Assembly (NCBI GenBank): GCA_035631715.1
Contig: DASQIF010000042.1
Coordinates: 1,582-65,581 of the forward strand
Length of the DNA stretch: 64,000 nt
From: Candidatus Acidiferrales bacterium
GTDB lineage: Bacteria > Chloroflexota > Limnocylindria > P2-11E
Direction of reading: 5' to 3'
Part shown: positions 9,608 to 18,704 of the stretch, in pieces
Numbering within the stretch: position 1 is the stretch's first letter
Layout of the letters: the number at the start of each line of letters is the position of its first letter
The notes under the pieces: generated by a model
Told to the model about the DNA's origin: nothing
Database searches by the model: none
The model's input: only the letters and a program-made list of their open reading frames with translations
Position numbers and translations under genes: made by a program

Positions 9608-10912
9608 ATGACGAATACACGCATCGCCGCAACGGCGCTCGCGGTCGTCGGCATCGTTGCCCCGGCGTGCGGCGGCACGACGGCACCGACACCGACCGCA
9701 TCGAGCGCGGGCTCCGCGGCCGCGTCGCAGCAGACGGTCACGAAGACGCTGAACCTCGGATTCACCAACTCGCAGACCGGGGCGCAGCAGGTCGCGTCGA
9801 CCAAGCAGACCGAGGGCATCAAGCTCTGGGTCGATCAGGTCACGAAGGCGGGTGGCATCAAGCTCAAGGACGGAACCGTCCTGATGCCGAAGCTCACCTT
9901 CTACGACGACGGATCGGCCACCGATCGCGTGCAGCAGCTGTACACGAAGCTCATCAACGACGACAAGGTGGACTTCCTGCTGTCGCCGTACTCCTCGGGT
10001 CTCGTGAAGGCCGCGGCCGTCGTCTCGGAGCAGAACGGCAAGGTCATGATCACCGCGGGCGGCGCGGATGACGCGACCATGGAGCAGGGTTTCCAGAACA
10101 CGTACCAGGTCTACTCGCCGGGCTCGAAGTACCTCACCGGCGCGATCGACGCGATGCTCAAGCTCGACCCGACGATCAAGAAGGTCGCGATCATCAACGA
10201 GAAGGACAGCTTCTCGGTCTCCGTGGTCACGGCCGCGAAGCCGTACGCCGTGAGCAAGGGCCTCCAGGTCGTCCTCGAGCAGTCATACGACACTGGCACG
10301 ACCGACTTCGGCCCGTTCATCAACCAGATCATCGCCGCGGCGCCCGACGCCGTCATCGGCGGCGGCCACCTCGTCGACGGCAGCGCGCTCGCGAAGACAC
10401 TCTTCGAGAAGAAGGTCGGCGCGCGCTTCGTCTCGCTGCTCGTCGCTCCGCCCGAGCCGACGTTCAAGGACATCGGCGACGGCGCGCAGTTCATCGTGGG
10501 TCCCTCGCAGTGGGAGATCCCGGTGAAATACAACAGCGACACGGCGAAGGCGCTCGGCATCCCGTACTACGGGATCGCCAGCGACCAGTTCACCAGCGCG
10601 TACCAGGCGATGTTCAATGCGCCGCCCTCGTACCACTCGGCGGGTGGCTACGCCGCGGGCCTCGTGCTCCAGCGGGCGCTCGAGGACGCGGGCTCGACCG
10701 ACCCGGCGAAGGTGAAGGCGTCGCTCGACAAGACCGACGTCATGACGTTCTTCGGCCACATCAAGTTCTCGACGGACGCGAAGACGCACGGCAAGCAGAT
10801 CGCGCACGACATGGTCTACATCCAGTGGCAGAAGGGTTCGGACGGCAAGCTCGCCACGCAGGTCGTATGGCCGGCGGAGGCGAAGACCGCGGACCTGCAG
10901 CTCAAGAAGTAA
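9608..10912 (+). CDS. livJ: Branched-chain amino acid ABC transporter substrate-binding lipoprotein (LivJ/LivK-like, PBP type I)
   Basis: An ATG at 9608 is preceded by a GAAGGAG SD. It has a signal peptide and lipobox (VAPAC) and matches the Leu/Ile/Val-binding protein family. It is the first gene of the liv operon. Confidence 0.85.
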   Translation: MTNTRIAATALAVVGIVAPACGGTTAPTPTASSAGSAAASQQTVTKTLNLGFTNSQTGAQQVASTKQTEGIKLWVDQVTKAGGIKLKDGTVLMPKLTFYDDGSATDRVQQLYTKLINDDKVDFLLSPYSSGLVKAAAVVSEQNGKVMITAGGADDATMEQGFQNTYQVYSPGSKYLTGAIDAMLKLDPTIKKVAIINEKDSFSVSVVTAAKPYAVSKGLQVVLEQSYDTGTTDFGPFINQIIAAAPDAVIGGGHLVDGSALAKTLFEKKVGARFVSLLVAPPEPTFKDIGDGAQFIVGPSQWEIPVKYNSDTAKALGIPYYGIASDQFTSAYQAMFNAPPSYHSAGGYAAGLVLQRALEDAGSTDPAKVKASLDKTDVMTFFGHIKFSTDAKTHGKQIAHDMVYIQWQKGSDGKLATQVVWPAEAKTADLQLKK

Positions 10913-10938
10913 GCCCTCCAACTGAATAAGAGCCGAGC

Positions 10939-11805
10939 ATGAACCTCGAGGCGCTGATCCCATCGGCGATCGACGGTCTCATGCTCGGCTTCGTTTACGG
11001 GCTCGCCGCGATGGGCCTCACGCTCATCTTCGGCGTGATGCGCGTCATCAACCTCTCGCACGGGCCGGTCATCGCCGTCGGCATGTTCGTCGTCTACACG
11101 CTTTTCACCGGTCCGCTCGCCGTGAATCCGTATATCGGCATCCTTGCCGCGCTCGTGTTCGGGCTCGTGTTCGGCGTCGTCGAGTACTTCATCGCCGTCG
11201 ACCGCGTCATCAACGAGCCGGAGCTGACCACGCTCCTCGCGACGTTCTCGGTCAACCTCATGGTGGTCGGCATCGCGACGATCCTCTTCACCACGACACC
11301 GCGCGCGGTCGACGTCTCGCTCGGGTCGCTCGATGCGGGGAACGTGACGATCCTCGGGACGCACGTCGTGTCGGTCATCGTCGCAATCGTCGTCGCCGTC
11401 GCGCTGTATGGCTTCCTCTTCCGGACAAGGCTCGGCAAGTCGATCCGCGCGGTCGCGAACAATCGCGCGGCGGCGGAGCTCATGGGCATCGACTCGCGCC
11501 GCATGCTCGCGCTCGCCTTCGGGATCGGGACGTCGCTCGCGATGGTGAGCGGCGCGCTGCTCGCGACGCTCTTCCCGTTCAACCCGCTCTCGGGCGCGAG
11601 CTACGAGGTCAAGTCCTTCGTCATCGTCGTGCTCGGCGGGCTCGGGAACCCGACCGGCGCGCTCGTCGGTGGCATCGTGATCGGGCTGCTCGAGGGCGTG
11701 ACCACCGTCATCATCCCGGTCTCGTGGGTCCCGGTCCTCGAGTACGTCATCTTCATCGGGATTCTGCTGTTGCGGCCGCAGGGCATTCTCGGAGCCAGGG
11801 CGTGA
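10939..11805 (+). CDS. livH: Branched-chain amino acid ABC transporter permease
   Basis: It is a multi-TM protein with the BPD_transp_2 consensus (GLAAMGLTLIFGVMRVINLSHG). Confidence 0.9.
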   Translation: MNLEALIPSAIDGLMLGFVYGLAAMGLTLIFGVMRVINLSHGPVIAVGMFVVYTLFTGPLAVNPYIGILAALVFGLVFGVVEYFIAVDRVINEPELTTLLATFSVNLMVVGIATILFTTTPRAVDVSLGSLDAGNVTILGTHVVSVIVAIVVAVALYGFLFRTRLGKSIRAVANNRAAAELMGIDSRRMLALAFGIGTSLAMVSGALLATLFPFNPLSGASYEVKSFVIVVLGGLGNPTGALVGGIVIGLLEGVTTVIIPVSWVPVLEYVIFIGILLLRPQGILGARA

Positions 11806-12770
11806 TCCGCTACCGCATCCCGTTCCTGCCACTGGCGGTCGCGATCATCGCGCTCATCGCCGCGGTGCCGATCCTCACGAGCAACCCGTCGCTGCGCGAG
11901 GAGCTGTTCCTCGTCTTCATGCTCGTGACGCTCGCCTCGAGCATCAACATCATCATGGGATACACGGGCTACGTGTCCTTCGGGCACATCGTGTTCTTCG
12001 GCCTCGGCGGGTACTTCTCCTTCTATCTCATGCAGGTGCAGGGCTGGCACTTCCTTGCGGCGCTCCTCGTCGGCGCCGTCCCCGCGGCGCTCATCGCGCT
12101 GCTCATCGGCATGGCGATCCTTCGCCTGCGCGGCGCGTACTTCGCGCTCGCGACCGTCGGGATCAACGAGGCGACGCGCGTCTTCTTCAACAACTTCGAG
12201 CCGACCGGCGGCGCGGTGGGAATGTTCTTCAACTTCTCGGTCTATCTGCAGTACGGCGGCGCGAAGGGCGCCGGCGAGCTCGCGTACTACGTGATGACGG
12301 TCGTGGCGCTCGCGACGATCGCGACGTCGTACGCGATCAAGCGCTCGAAGTTCGGTCTCGCGCTCATGACGATCCGCGAGGACCAGGATGTCGCCATGGT
12401 CGTGGGGATCGACCCCGCGCGGGCGAAGGTCGCCGCCTACGTGATCTCGGCGGTCTTCCCGGCTATGGCCGGCGCGACGTTCTTCTTCAAGAACGGGATC
12501 ATCGAGCCGAACGTCGCCTTCGAGCTCCTTCGCTCGATCGAGTCGCTCGTGATGGTCGTGCTCGGCGGCATCGGCACCGTCGCCGGTCCGATCGTCGGCG
12601 CCGCGGTGTACGAATGGCTCCGCGGCTTCCTCATCACGAACCCGACGCTCGCGAACTTCCAGCTCTTCCTAGCGGGCCTGCTGCTGCTCATCGTGGTGCT
12701 CTTCATCACCGCCGGTCTGGTGGGCTATCTCCGCAACCGTTTCCCGGTGCTGCGGAGCTACATCCCGTGA
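11802..12770 (+). CDS. livM: Branched-chain amino acid ABC transporter permease
   Basis: A GTG start overlaps the livH stop as GTGA. It belongs to the LivM-type permease family (GYTGYVSFGHIVFFGLGGY). Confidence 0.85.
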   Translation: MIRYRIPFLPLAVAIIALIAAVPILTSNPSLREELFLVFMLVTLASSINIIMGYTGYVSFGHIVFFGLGGYFSFYLMQVQGWHFLAALLVGAVPAALIALLIGMAILRLRGAYFALATVGINEATRVFFNNFEPTGGAVGMFFNFSVYLQYGGAKGAGELAYYVMTVVALATIATSYAIKRSKFGLALMTIREDQDVAMVVGIDPARAKVAAYVISAVFPAMAGATFFFKNGIIEPNVAFELLRSIESLVMVVLGGIGTVAGPIVGAAVYEWLRGFLITNPTLANFQLFLAGLLLLIVVLFITAGLVGYLRNRFPVLRSYIP

Positions 12771-13522
12771 CCGCGATCCTCGAGTGCCGCGACGTCACGG
12801 TGCGGTTCGGCGGTCTCGTCGCGTGCGATGCCGCGACGTTCGACGTCGAGGAGGGCACGATCCTGGGCCTCATCGGCCCGAACGGCGCGGGGAAGACGAC
12901 GCTCTTCAACGCCATCAACGGCGTCTACCGCCGGCACGGTGGTCGCATCGTCTTCGGCGGCGAGACGATCAGCGGGCTGCGGCCGTTCCAGGTCGCGAAA
13001 CGAGGGATCGCACGCGCGCATCAGGTCGTGCGCCCGCTGAACGACCTGTCGGTCATCGCGAACGTCACCGTTGGTGCCGCGTTCGGGCGCGAGAACCTGG
13101 GGCTGCCCGCGGCACGTGCGGTCGCGGAGCAGACGCTCGCGCGCCTCGGTCTCGGCGACCGCGCCGAGACGATCGCGGGAAAGCTCAACGTCGCCCAGAA
13201 GAAGCGCCTCGAGCTGGCGCGCGCGCTCGCCGCGAAGCCGCGTCTGCTCCTCGCGGATGAGGTCCTCGCGGGCCTCAACCCGCAGGAGGTCGGCGAGATG
13301 CTCGTGATCTTCCGCGACATCAAGGCGCAGGGCGTGACCGTGATCATGATCGAGCACCTTATGCACGCGGTCATGAACGTGTGCGACCGGATCGTCGTGC
13401 TGGACTACGGGAAGAAGATCGCCGAGGGCACGCCCGGGCAGATCCAGAACGACCCCAAGGTCATCGAGGCGTATCTCGGCGATCCGAAGCTCGCCGAGCG
13501 CTTCGCGGCGGAGCAGACATGA
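12767..13522 (+). CDS. livG: Branched-chain amino acid ABC transporter ATP-binding protein
   Basis: A GTG start overlaps the livM stop. It has Walker A (GPNGAGKTT), the ABC signature and Walker B (LLLADEVLAGL). Confidence 0.9.
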   Translation: MTAILECRDVTVRFGGLVACDAATFDVEEGTILGLIGPNGAGKTTLFNAINGVYRRHGGRIVFGGETISGLRPFQVAKRGIARAHQVVRPLNDLSVIANVTVGAAFGRENLGLPAARAVAEQTLARLGLGDRAETIAGKLNVAQKKRLELARALAAKPRLLLADEVLAGLNPQEVGEMLVIFRDIKAQGVTVIMIEHLMHAVMNVCDRIVVLDYGKKIAEGTPGQIQNDPKVIEAYLGDPKLAERFAAEQT

Positions 13523-14229
13523 GCCGGCTCGCCATCGAGAACGTCGAGTCTGGATACGGCGAGGTGCAGATCCTGTGGGGCGCGTCGCTGAAGCTCGCCG
13601 AGGGCAAGCTCACGACGCTCGTCGGAAGCAACGGCGCCGGTAAGACGACGCTCCTGCGCGCCGTGATGGGCCTGCTCCCGGCGTGGGCGGGGACCGTCAC
13701 CCTGGATGACCGCGACGTCACGAAGCTGTCGGCCCACGACAAGGCCGGGCTCGGCCTCGTGCTCGTTCCCGAGGGCCGTCAGCTCTTCTCGACCATGACC
13801 ATCGTCGAGAACCTCGAGATGGGCGCGACTGTCAGTCACGCCCGCGGCGTCATGAAGGAGTCGTACGAGCGCGTCTTCTCGCTGTTCCCGCGTCTGGCCG
13901 AGCGGCGGACGCAGATGGCCGGCACGCTCTCAGGCGGCGAGCAGCAGATGCTGGCGATCGCACGCGGTCTCATGGCGAAGCCGAGGATCCTGATGTTCGA
14001 CGAGCCGAGCCTTGGGCTCTCGCCGCTGTTCACCCAAAGCCTGTTCGAGATCATCCGCGCGCTGAAGCGCGAGGGCCTCACGATGCTCCTCGTAGAGCAG
14101 AACGTGCAGCTGTCGCTCGCGATCTCGGACTTCGCGTACGTGCTGGACCACGGCAAGGTCGCGATCGAGGGGGAGGCGCGGAAGGTCCGCGAGATGCCCG
14201 AGGTGCGGAAGGCGTACCTCGGGCTCTAA
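13519..14229 (+). CDS. livF: Branched-chain amino acid ABC transporter ATP-binding protein
   Basis: An ATG overlaps the livG stop as ATGA. It has Walker A (GSNGAGKTT), the signature LSGGEQQML and Walker B (ILMFDEPSLGL). Confidence 0.9.
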   Translation: MSRLAIENVESGYGEVQILWGASLKLAEGKLTTLVGSNGAGKTTLLRAVMGLLPAWAGTVTLDDRDVTKLSAHDKAGLGLVLVPEGRQLFSTMTIVENLEMGATVSHARGVMKESYERVFSLFPRLAERRTQMAGTLSGGEQQMLAIARGLMAKPRILMFDEPSLGLSPLFTQSLFEIIRALKREGLTMLLVEQNVQLSLAISDFAYVLDHGKVAIEGEARKVREMPEVRKAYLGL

Positions 14230-14240
14230 TCTCAGCGGCG

Positions 14241-14756
14241 ATGCCCGCACCGAAGCGCGACCGCCCGCAGCTTCCGAAGGGCTACATCAAGACGACGGCG
14301 AAGGGGATGCTCACCTGGCCCGCGGCGAAGAAGATCCTCACGACGTTCCCCTACCTCTGGATCGCGACGACGGACGACGACGGCGCGCCGCACATGGTCC
14401 AGCAGTGGGGCGTGTGGGTGGACGACATCCTGTACTTCGAGGGAAGCGACAAGACGCGCTGGGCGCGCATCCTCGCACGCGACCCGCGTCTTGCCTTCGG
14501 CGTCAACGTCGCCGACCAGGCGGTGTACGGGACGGCCGAGGTCGAGATCGTGCGCGGCGTATCACGCGCGGTCGCGGTGAAGATCGCGCGTCAGTACGCG
14601 GCGAAGTACGGCAAGGGATTCAAGTACCGGCCGAAGCCGGAGCAGTACGAGAAGGGCCACGTGTTCCGCGCGCGTCCGATCAAGCTGATCGCGTTCGACG
14701 TGAAGCGATTCAACACGTCGGCGGCGCGGTTCACGTTCGAGACCGCGGCGCGTTAG
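14241..14756 (+). CDS. Pyridoxamine 5'-phosphate oxidase family protein (split-barrel FMN/F420-binding)
   Basis: It matches the PPOX-class pattern (FPYLWIATTDDDGAPHMVQQWGVWVDD). It is adjacent to an LLM oxidoreductase. Confidence 0.65.
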   Translation: MPAPKRDRPQLPKGYIKTTAKGMLTWPAAKKILTTFPYLWIATTDDDGAPHMVQQWGVWVDDILYFEGSDKTRWARILARDPRLAFGVNVADQAVYGTAEVEIVRGVSRAVAVKIARQYAAKYGKGFKYRPKPEQYEKGHVFRARPIKLIAFDVKRFNTSAARFTFETAAR

Positions 14757-15006
14757 GCGGCGATCTTCTTCGCTTCTTCGGTGTCGAAGCGAGGATCGCT
14801 GATGAGATGAGCGTACGGGATGAGAGCTTCGTCGCGAACGCGGTCAGCCTGCTGGCCACGGGCTTCGTTGCGGTGCTCGATGGAGCGGTAGAGGAGGATG
14901 CCTTGAAGGTCCCACATAGGAGCGCACTCCTTTCTTCTGTTCTCTCATTCACTGGAACGAACGAGCGAGTGCATTCCTTCCGGACTGTGACGAACGACAC
15001 AGAGTC

Positions 15007-16020
15007 ATGAGGCTCGACGGGTTCCTTCAGGGGACGCACATCACCGAATCGGGTGAGATCGCGTCCGCACTCGAGTCGTCCGGCTTCCACGGGCTGTGGC
15101 TCACCGAGACGCAGGTCGACCCGTTCCTCCCGCTCGCGGTCGCGGCGACGCGCACGACGACCATCCGCCTCGGCACCGGCATCGCGATCGCGCTCTCGCG
15201 CAGCCCGATGCTCCTCGCGATGGACGCGTGGGCGCTCCAGCGCGCGAGCCGCGGCCGGCTCGACCTCGGGCTCGGCACGCAGGTGCGCGCGCACATCGAG
15301 CGCCGTTTCGCGATGCCGTACGAGCGACCGGCCGCGCGCATCCGCGAATACGTCGCGGCGCTCCGTCACATCTGGGGCGCGTTCCAGCACGAGCACCGGC
15401 TTTCGTTCAAGGGCGACTTCTGGTCGTTCAGCCTCATGTCGCCGTTCTTCGATCCCGGGCCGATCGAGTGGCCGCGGATCGCGGTGTATCTCGCCGCCGT
15501 CAACGCGCGCATGTTCCGCGTCGCGGGCGAGGTCGCCGACGGCATCGTCGCGCACCCGTTCTCGACCCCGTCGTACCTCCGCGAGATCGGCGCGCCCGCG
15601 CTCGCGCGCGGGCTCGCGAAAGCGGGACGGGAACGCGCCTCGTTCGTCGTCTCGTGCCCGGTCTTCACGCTGGTCGAGGAATCAAGCTCATTCGCCGCGG
15701 ACGAGCGCTACGCGCGCGAGCAGATCGCCTTCTACGCATCGACGCCGTCGTATCGCGCCGTGCTCGAGCACCACGACTGGAGCGCTGTCGGCGAGGAGCT
15801 GTCGGACCTCGCACGCGCCGGGAAGTTCGACGACATGGCGCGCCTTGTCACGCCAGCGATGTTCGACGCCTTCGTCACGCGCGCGCCGACGTACACAGCC
15901 CTCGGCGCCCGGCTCCGCGAGCGCTACGACGGAGTCCTCGACCGCGTCGCGCTGTATCGCGACGCCACGCGGATCGCGAAGGACAAGATTGGCGCTCTGG
16001 CCGCGGCGCTGCGCCGCTGA
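15007..16020 (+). CDS. LLM-class (luciferase-like) F420-dependent oxidoreductase
   Basis: It has luciferase-like TIM-barrel motifs (FHGLWLTETQ, RLGTGIAIA, GRLDLGLGTQV). It has no SD and may be leaderless. Confidence 0.8.
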   Translation: MRLDGFLQGTHITESGEIASALESSGFHGLWLTETQVDPFLPLAVAATRTTTIRLGTGIAIALSRSPMLLAMDAWALQRASRGRLDLGLGTQVRAHIERRFAMPYERPAARIREYVAALRHIWGAFQHEHRLSFKGDFWSFSLMSPFFDPGPIEWPRIAVYLAAVNARMFRVAGEVADGIVAHPFSTPSYLREIGAPALARGLAKAGRERASFVVSCPVFTLVEESSSFAADERYAREQIAFYASTPSYRAVLEHHDWSAVGEELSDLARAGKFDDMARLVTPAMFDAFVTRAPTYTALGARLRERYDGVLDRVALYRDATRIAKDKIGALAAALRR

Positions 16021-16023
16021 AAT

Positions 16024-16052
16024 GGGACGACCCCGCCTTGCAGCGGGGCCGT
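16024..16052 (+). terminator. GC-rich hairpin (CCCCGC cttgca GCGGGG) directly after the LLM stop codon, without a T-tract
   Basis: It is seen directly in the sequence. It is the first of several hairpins in a 200-nt convergent intergenic region. Confidence 0.3.
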
Positions 16053-16221
16053 CGGGAGGGGGCGAAAATGTCGTCTTCGAACACGAACGATGGGCGAACG
16101 ATCAGGCGCTTGCTCTCCCCCGTTCGTTCGATAGGGGGCTCCTACCCCGTTCGGGGGAAAGAGGACGGCCCCGCGGCGTCCTTCGCCTCGAAGACGTGTC
16201 CGACGCCCGCGTTCGGGGCTA

Positions 16222-17673
16222 TCAGCCGTTCGGCGGTTTCATCACGACGCGACTCGTTGCTTGGACAGTCGTCGGGCTAGCAACGCGCACGAGCGCCGGA
16301 GTCCGCGCCGTAACACGCGAGCTGACGCCGAGCGCGGTGATGGCGCCGAGCAGCGAGAGGCCGGCTGAAAGACTGAGTGCGGGGCCAAAGCCGGCGACGA
16401 ACGTCGTCGGGGTCGCGAGGCTGCCGCTCGCCGAGAACACGGCGATTACGGCGGCGATCGCGAACGCGCTGCCGACGCGCTGGACCGTGCTATTCACGCC
16501 CGCGGCCTTGCCCATGTCGCTCGGCGCGACCGCGGACAGCATCGCGGTGGACGAGGTGGGGATCGCCATCGATACGCCGACGCCGGCCACAATGAACGGG
16601 ATGATCAGCGACGTGTAGCTCACGTCCAGCGTCCCGAGCGCGGCGATGGATGCGAGCCCGATGCCCTGCAGCGCCATGCCGGTCGCCAGGACACGCCGGC
16701 GTCCGATCCGGTCCGAGAGCGCGCCGGCGACGGGAGCCACGAGCATCGGCGTCATCGTCCATGGAAGGAACCGCAGACCGCTCTCGAGCGGCGAGTAATG
16801 CAGTCCGATCTGGAAGTACTGCGCTGCGAGGAAGGCGGCTGATGTCAGCGCGCCGGCCTGCAGGAACGCGGTCGCGGCACCCGCGGAGAAGCTCGTACTG
16901 CGGAAGAGCCGCAGCGGCAGCATCGGCGCGCGAGCACGCGCCTCCCACGCGACGAACAGCAGGAAGAGGACGAGGCCCAGACCGATGATGGCCAGGGACT
17001 CCAGGCTTGACCATCCGATCTCGCTCGCGCGCACGAGACCGTAGACGATCGCGGTCGCGCCGCCGGCGCTCAGCACGACACCGAGCGGATCGAGTGTCGT
17101 AGCCGGTCCGCGGCTCTCGGGCAGACGGAACATCGAGAACGCGGCGGCAAACAGTCCGAGAGGCACGTTCACCCAGAAGATCCAGTGCCAGTCGAGGCCC
17201 TGCGTGACGGCGCCTCCGACGACCGGCCCCAAGGCGACGGCAAGACCGCCGATGCCACCCCATAGCCCGACGATCGTGCCGCGCCGCTCCGGAGGGAACG
17301 CCGCGGTCAGGATGGTCAGGCTCACCGGCATGATGAGCGCCGCGCCGATGCCCTGGATCGCCCGCGCGGCGATCAGCAGCTCGGCGTTCGCTGCGAGCGC
17401 GCACGCGGCCGACGCGGCGCTGAAGAGAACGAGCCCGATGACGAACACCAGACGGCGTCCGAGGCGATCGCCCAGCGCCGCCGCGGTGATGATGCCCGCG
17501 GCGAAGGCGAGCGTGTATGCATTGATCGTCCACTCCAGGACGGCGAGGCTCGCGCCGAGCTCACGCTGCATCGTGGGGAGGGCGGTGACCACGATGGTCG
17601 TGTCGAGTGCGACCATGAAGAACGGGATGGAGGTCAGGCCGAGGATCCAGAGTAGTCGCCGGTCGCGAAGCAT
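16222..17673 (-). CDS. MFS transporter, DHA2 (EmrB/QacA) drug-efflux family
   Basis: It has 14 predicted TMs, the motif ALDTTIVVTALPTMQRELG and the motif GDRLGRRLVFVIG. It is divergent from the HxlR regulator. Confidence 0.85.
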   Translation of the reverse strand: MLRDRRLLWILGLTSIPFFMVALDTTIVVTALPTMQRELGASLAVLEWTINAYTLAFAAGIITAAALGDRLGRRLVFVIGLVLFSAASAACALAANAELLIAARAIQGIGAALIMPVSLTILTAAFPPERRGTIVGLWGGIGGLAVALGPVVGGAVTQGLDWHWIFWVNVPLGLFAAAFSMFRLPESRGPATTLDPLGVVLSAGGATAIVYGLVRASEIGWSSLESLAIIGLGLVLFLLFVAWEARARAPMLPLRLFRSTSFSAGAATAFLQAGALTSAAFLAAQYFQIGLHYSPLESGLRFLPWTMTPMLVAPVAGALSDRIGRRRVLATGMALQGIGLASIAALGTLDVSYTSLIIPFIVAGVGVSMAIPTSSTAMLSAVAPSDMGKAAGVNSTVQRVGSAFAIAAVIAVFSASGSLATPTTFVAGFGPALSLSAGLSLLGAITALGVSSRVTARTPALVRVASPTTVQATSRVVMKPPNG

Positions 17674-17699
17674 TTGTCGAAATCTCCCTCGTGGGCTGG

Positions 17700-17717
17700 A
17701 CTTTAGATATCTATAGT
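17700..17717. promoter_or_regulatory. Near-palindromic operator candidate (ACTtTAGATATCTAtAGT; perfect 10-bp core TAGATATCTA) in the divergent MFS/HxlR intergenic region
   Basis: The repeat is seen directly in the sequence. It sits in an AT-rich island between the MFS start (17673, minus) and the HxlR start (17738, plus). A TATTAT -10-like hexamer lies downstream. Confidence 0.4.
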
Positions 17718-17737
17718 GCCTATTATGTGAAAGTCAA

Positions 17738-18442
17738 GTGGATAAGCGACGGTATGCACAGTTCTGTGGCATCGCGTTCGCCCTCGACCTCGTGGGCGAG
17801 CGCTGGACGATGCTCATCGTTCGTGACCTCGTGCTCGGGCCCAAGCGCTTCAAGGACCTGCTCGAGGGTCTGCCGGGGATCGCCACGAACCTGCTCGCGC
17901 AGCGCCTCAAGGAGATGGAGGCGAACGGCCTTATCGAGCACGTGACACTTCCCCCACCTGCATCAGCCGCCGTGTATCAGCTCACCGCAAAGGGCGAGGC
18001 ACTCGAGCCGGCGATCATGGCGCTCGGCCGCTGGGGCGCGCAGGTCGGCAGGTCCGAGCCCGGCGACTTCTTCATGCCGTCGTCGTTTTTCGTTTCCTGC
18101 CGCGCGTCCTTCACGTCCGAGCGCGCGAAGGACATGCGTCTCGAGTTCCATGTCGCGGGGCACACCTTCGAGGTGACCGTGGATCACGGGAAGTGCATCA
18201 CCAAAGAGCGCGCGCCCAAGGATCCGGAAGCGGTGATCGAGGTGGACCGAGTCGAGACGCTGGTGGAGCTCCGGCGGAGCACGTTCGACCCGGACGACGC
18301 GCTGCGGAGCGGCAAGGTCAAGATCGTCTCCGGCGACAAGCGCGCCCTCCACCGCTTCTTGGACGTGTTCTCGTGGCGCAACCTGCCGTCGCTCGTCGCG
18401 GCGCCGACGCCGCGGAAGTCGAAGACGGCGACGGCTCGCTAG
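17738..18442 (+). CDS. HxlR-family winged-helix transcriptional regulator with a C-terminal extension
   Basis: The N-terminus matches the HxlR consensus (CGIAFALDLVGERWTMLIVRDL...PKRFKDLLEGLPGIATNLLAQRLKEMEANGLI). It starts with GTG and is divergent from the MFS pump. Confidence 0.8.
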   Translation: MDKRRYAQFCGIAFALDLVGERWTMLIVRDLVLGPKRFKDLLEGLPGIATNLLAQRLKEMEANGLIEHVTLPPPASAAVYQLTAKGEALEPAIMALGRWGAQVGRSEPGDFFMPSSFFVSCRASFTSERAKDMRLEFHVAGHTFEVTVDHGKCITKERAPKDPEAVIEVDRVETLVELRRSTFDPDDALRSGKVKIVSGDKRALHRFLDVFSWRNLPSLVAAPTPRKSKTATAR

Positions 18443-18471
18443 ACTCGGCCCATCCTTCCGGGAGGTCTTAC

Positions 18472-18618
18472 ATGGACTGGATCGAGCAGCTCTTCGGCAT
18501 CGACCCCGACATGGGCTCCGGATCACTCGAGCTCCTCATCGCCGGCGCTGTCGCGATCGTCGTCGTCGGCCTTGTCGCGATGCGTATGCGCAAGACGCGC
18601 GATGAGAAGGTGAGCTGA
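18472..18618 (+). CDS. Small (48-aa) predicted membrane protein
   Basis: A GGGAGG SD lies 7 nt upstream of the ATG. It has one TM helix (LLIAGAVAIVVVGLVAM) followed by a basic tail, and its codon bias matches the genome. Confidence 0.4.
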   Translation: MDWIEQLFGIDPDMGSGSLELLIAGAVAIVVVGLVAMRMRKTRDEKVS

Positions 18619-18704
18619 CCGCCACAGTCGCGCCTCCGCGCGAGGCGTTCGCGGCCCTAAGGCACAGCGACTTCCGCGCATATTTCGGGACCGGGCTCGT
18701 CGCG

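Noticed and set aside
16024-16190. Possible guanidine-II (mini-ykkC) riboswitch, because of GGGACGACCCC and GGACGGCC hairpins with ACGR loops
   Set aside because: The two ACGR hairpins are ~150 nt apart, far beyond the usual linker. The region is at the 3' ends of convergent genes, not in a transporter 5' UTR, so terminator hairpins are the simpler reading.
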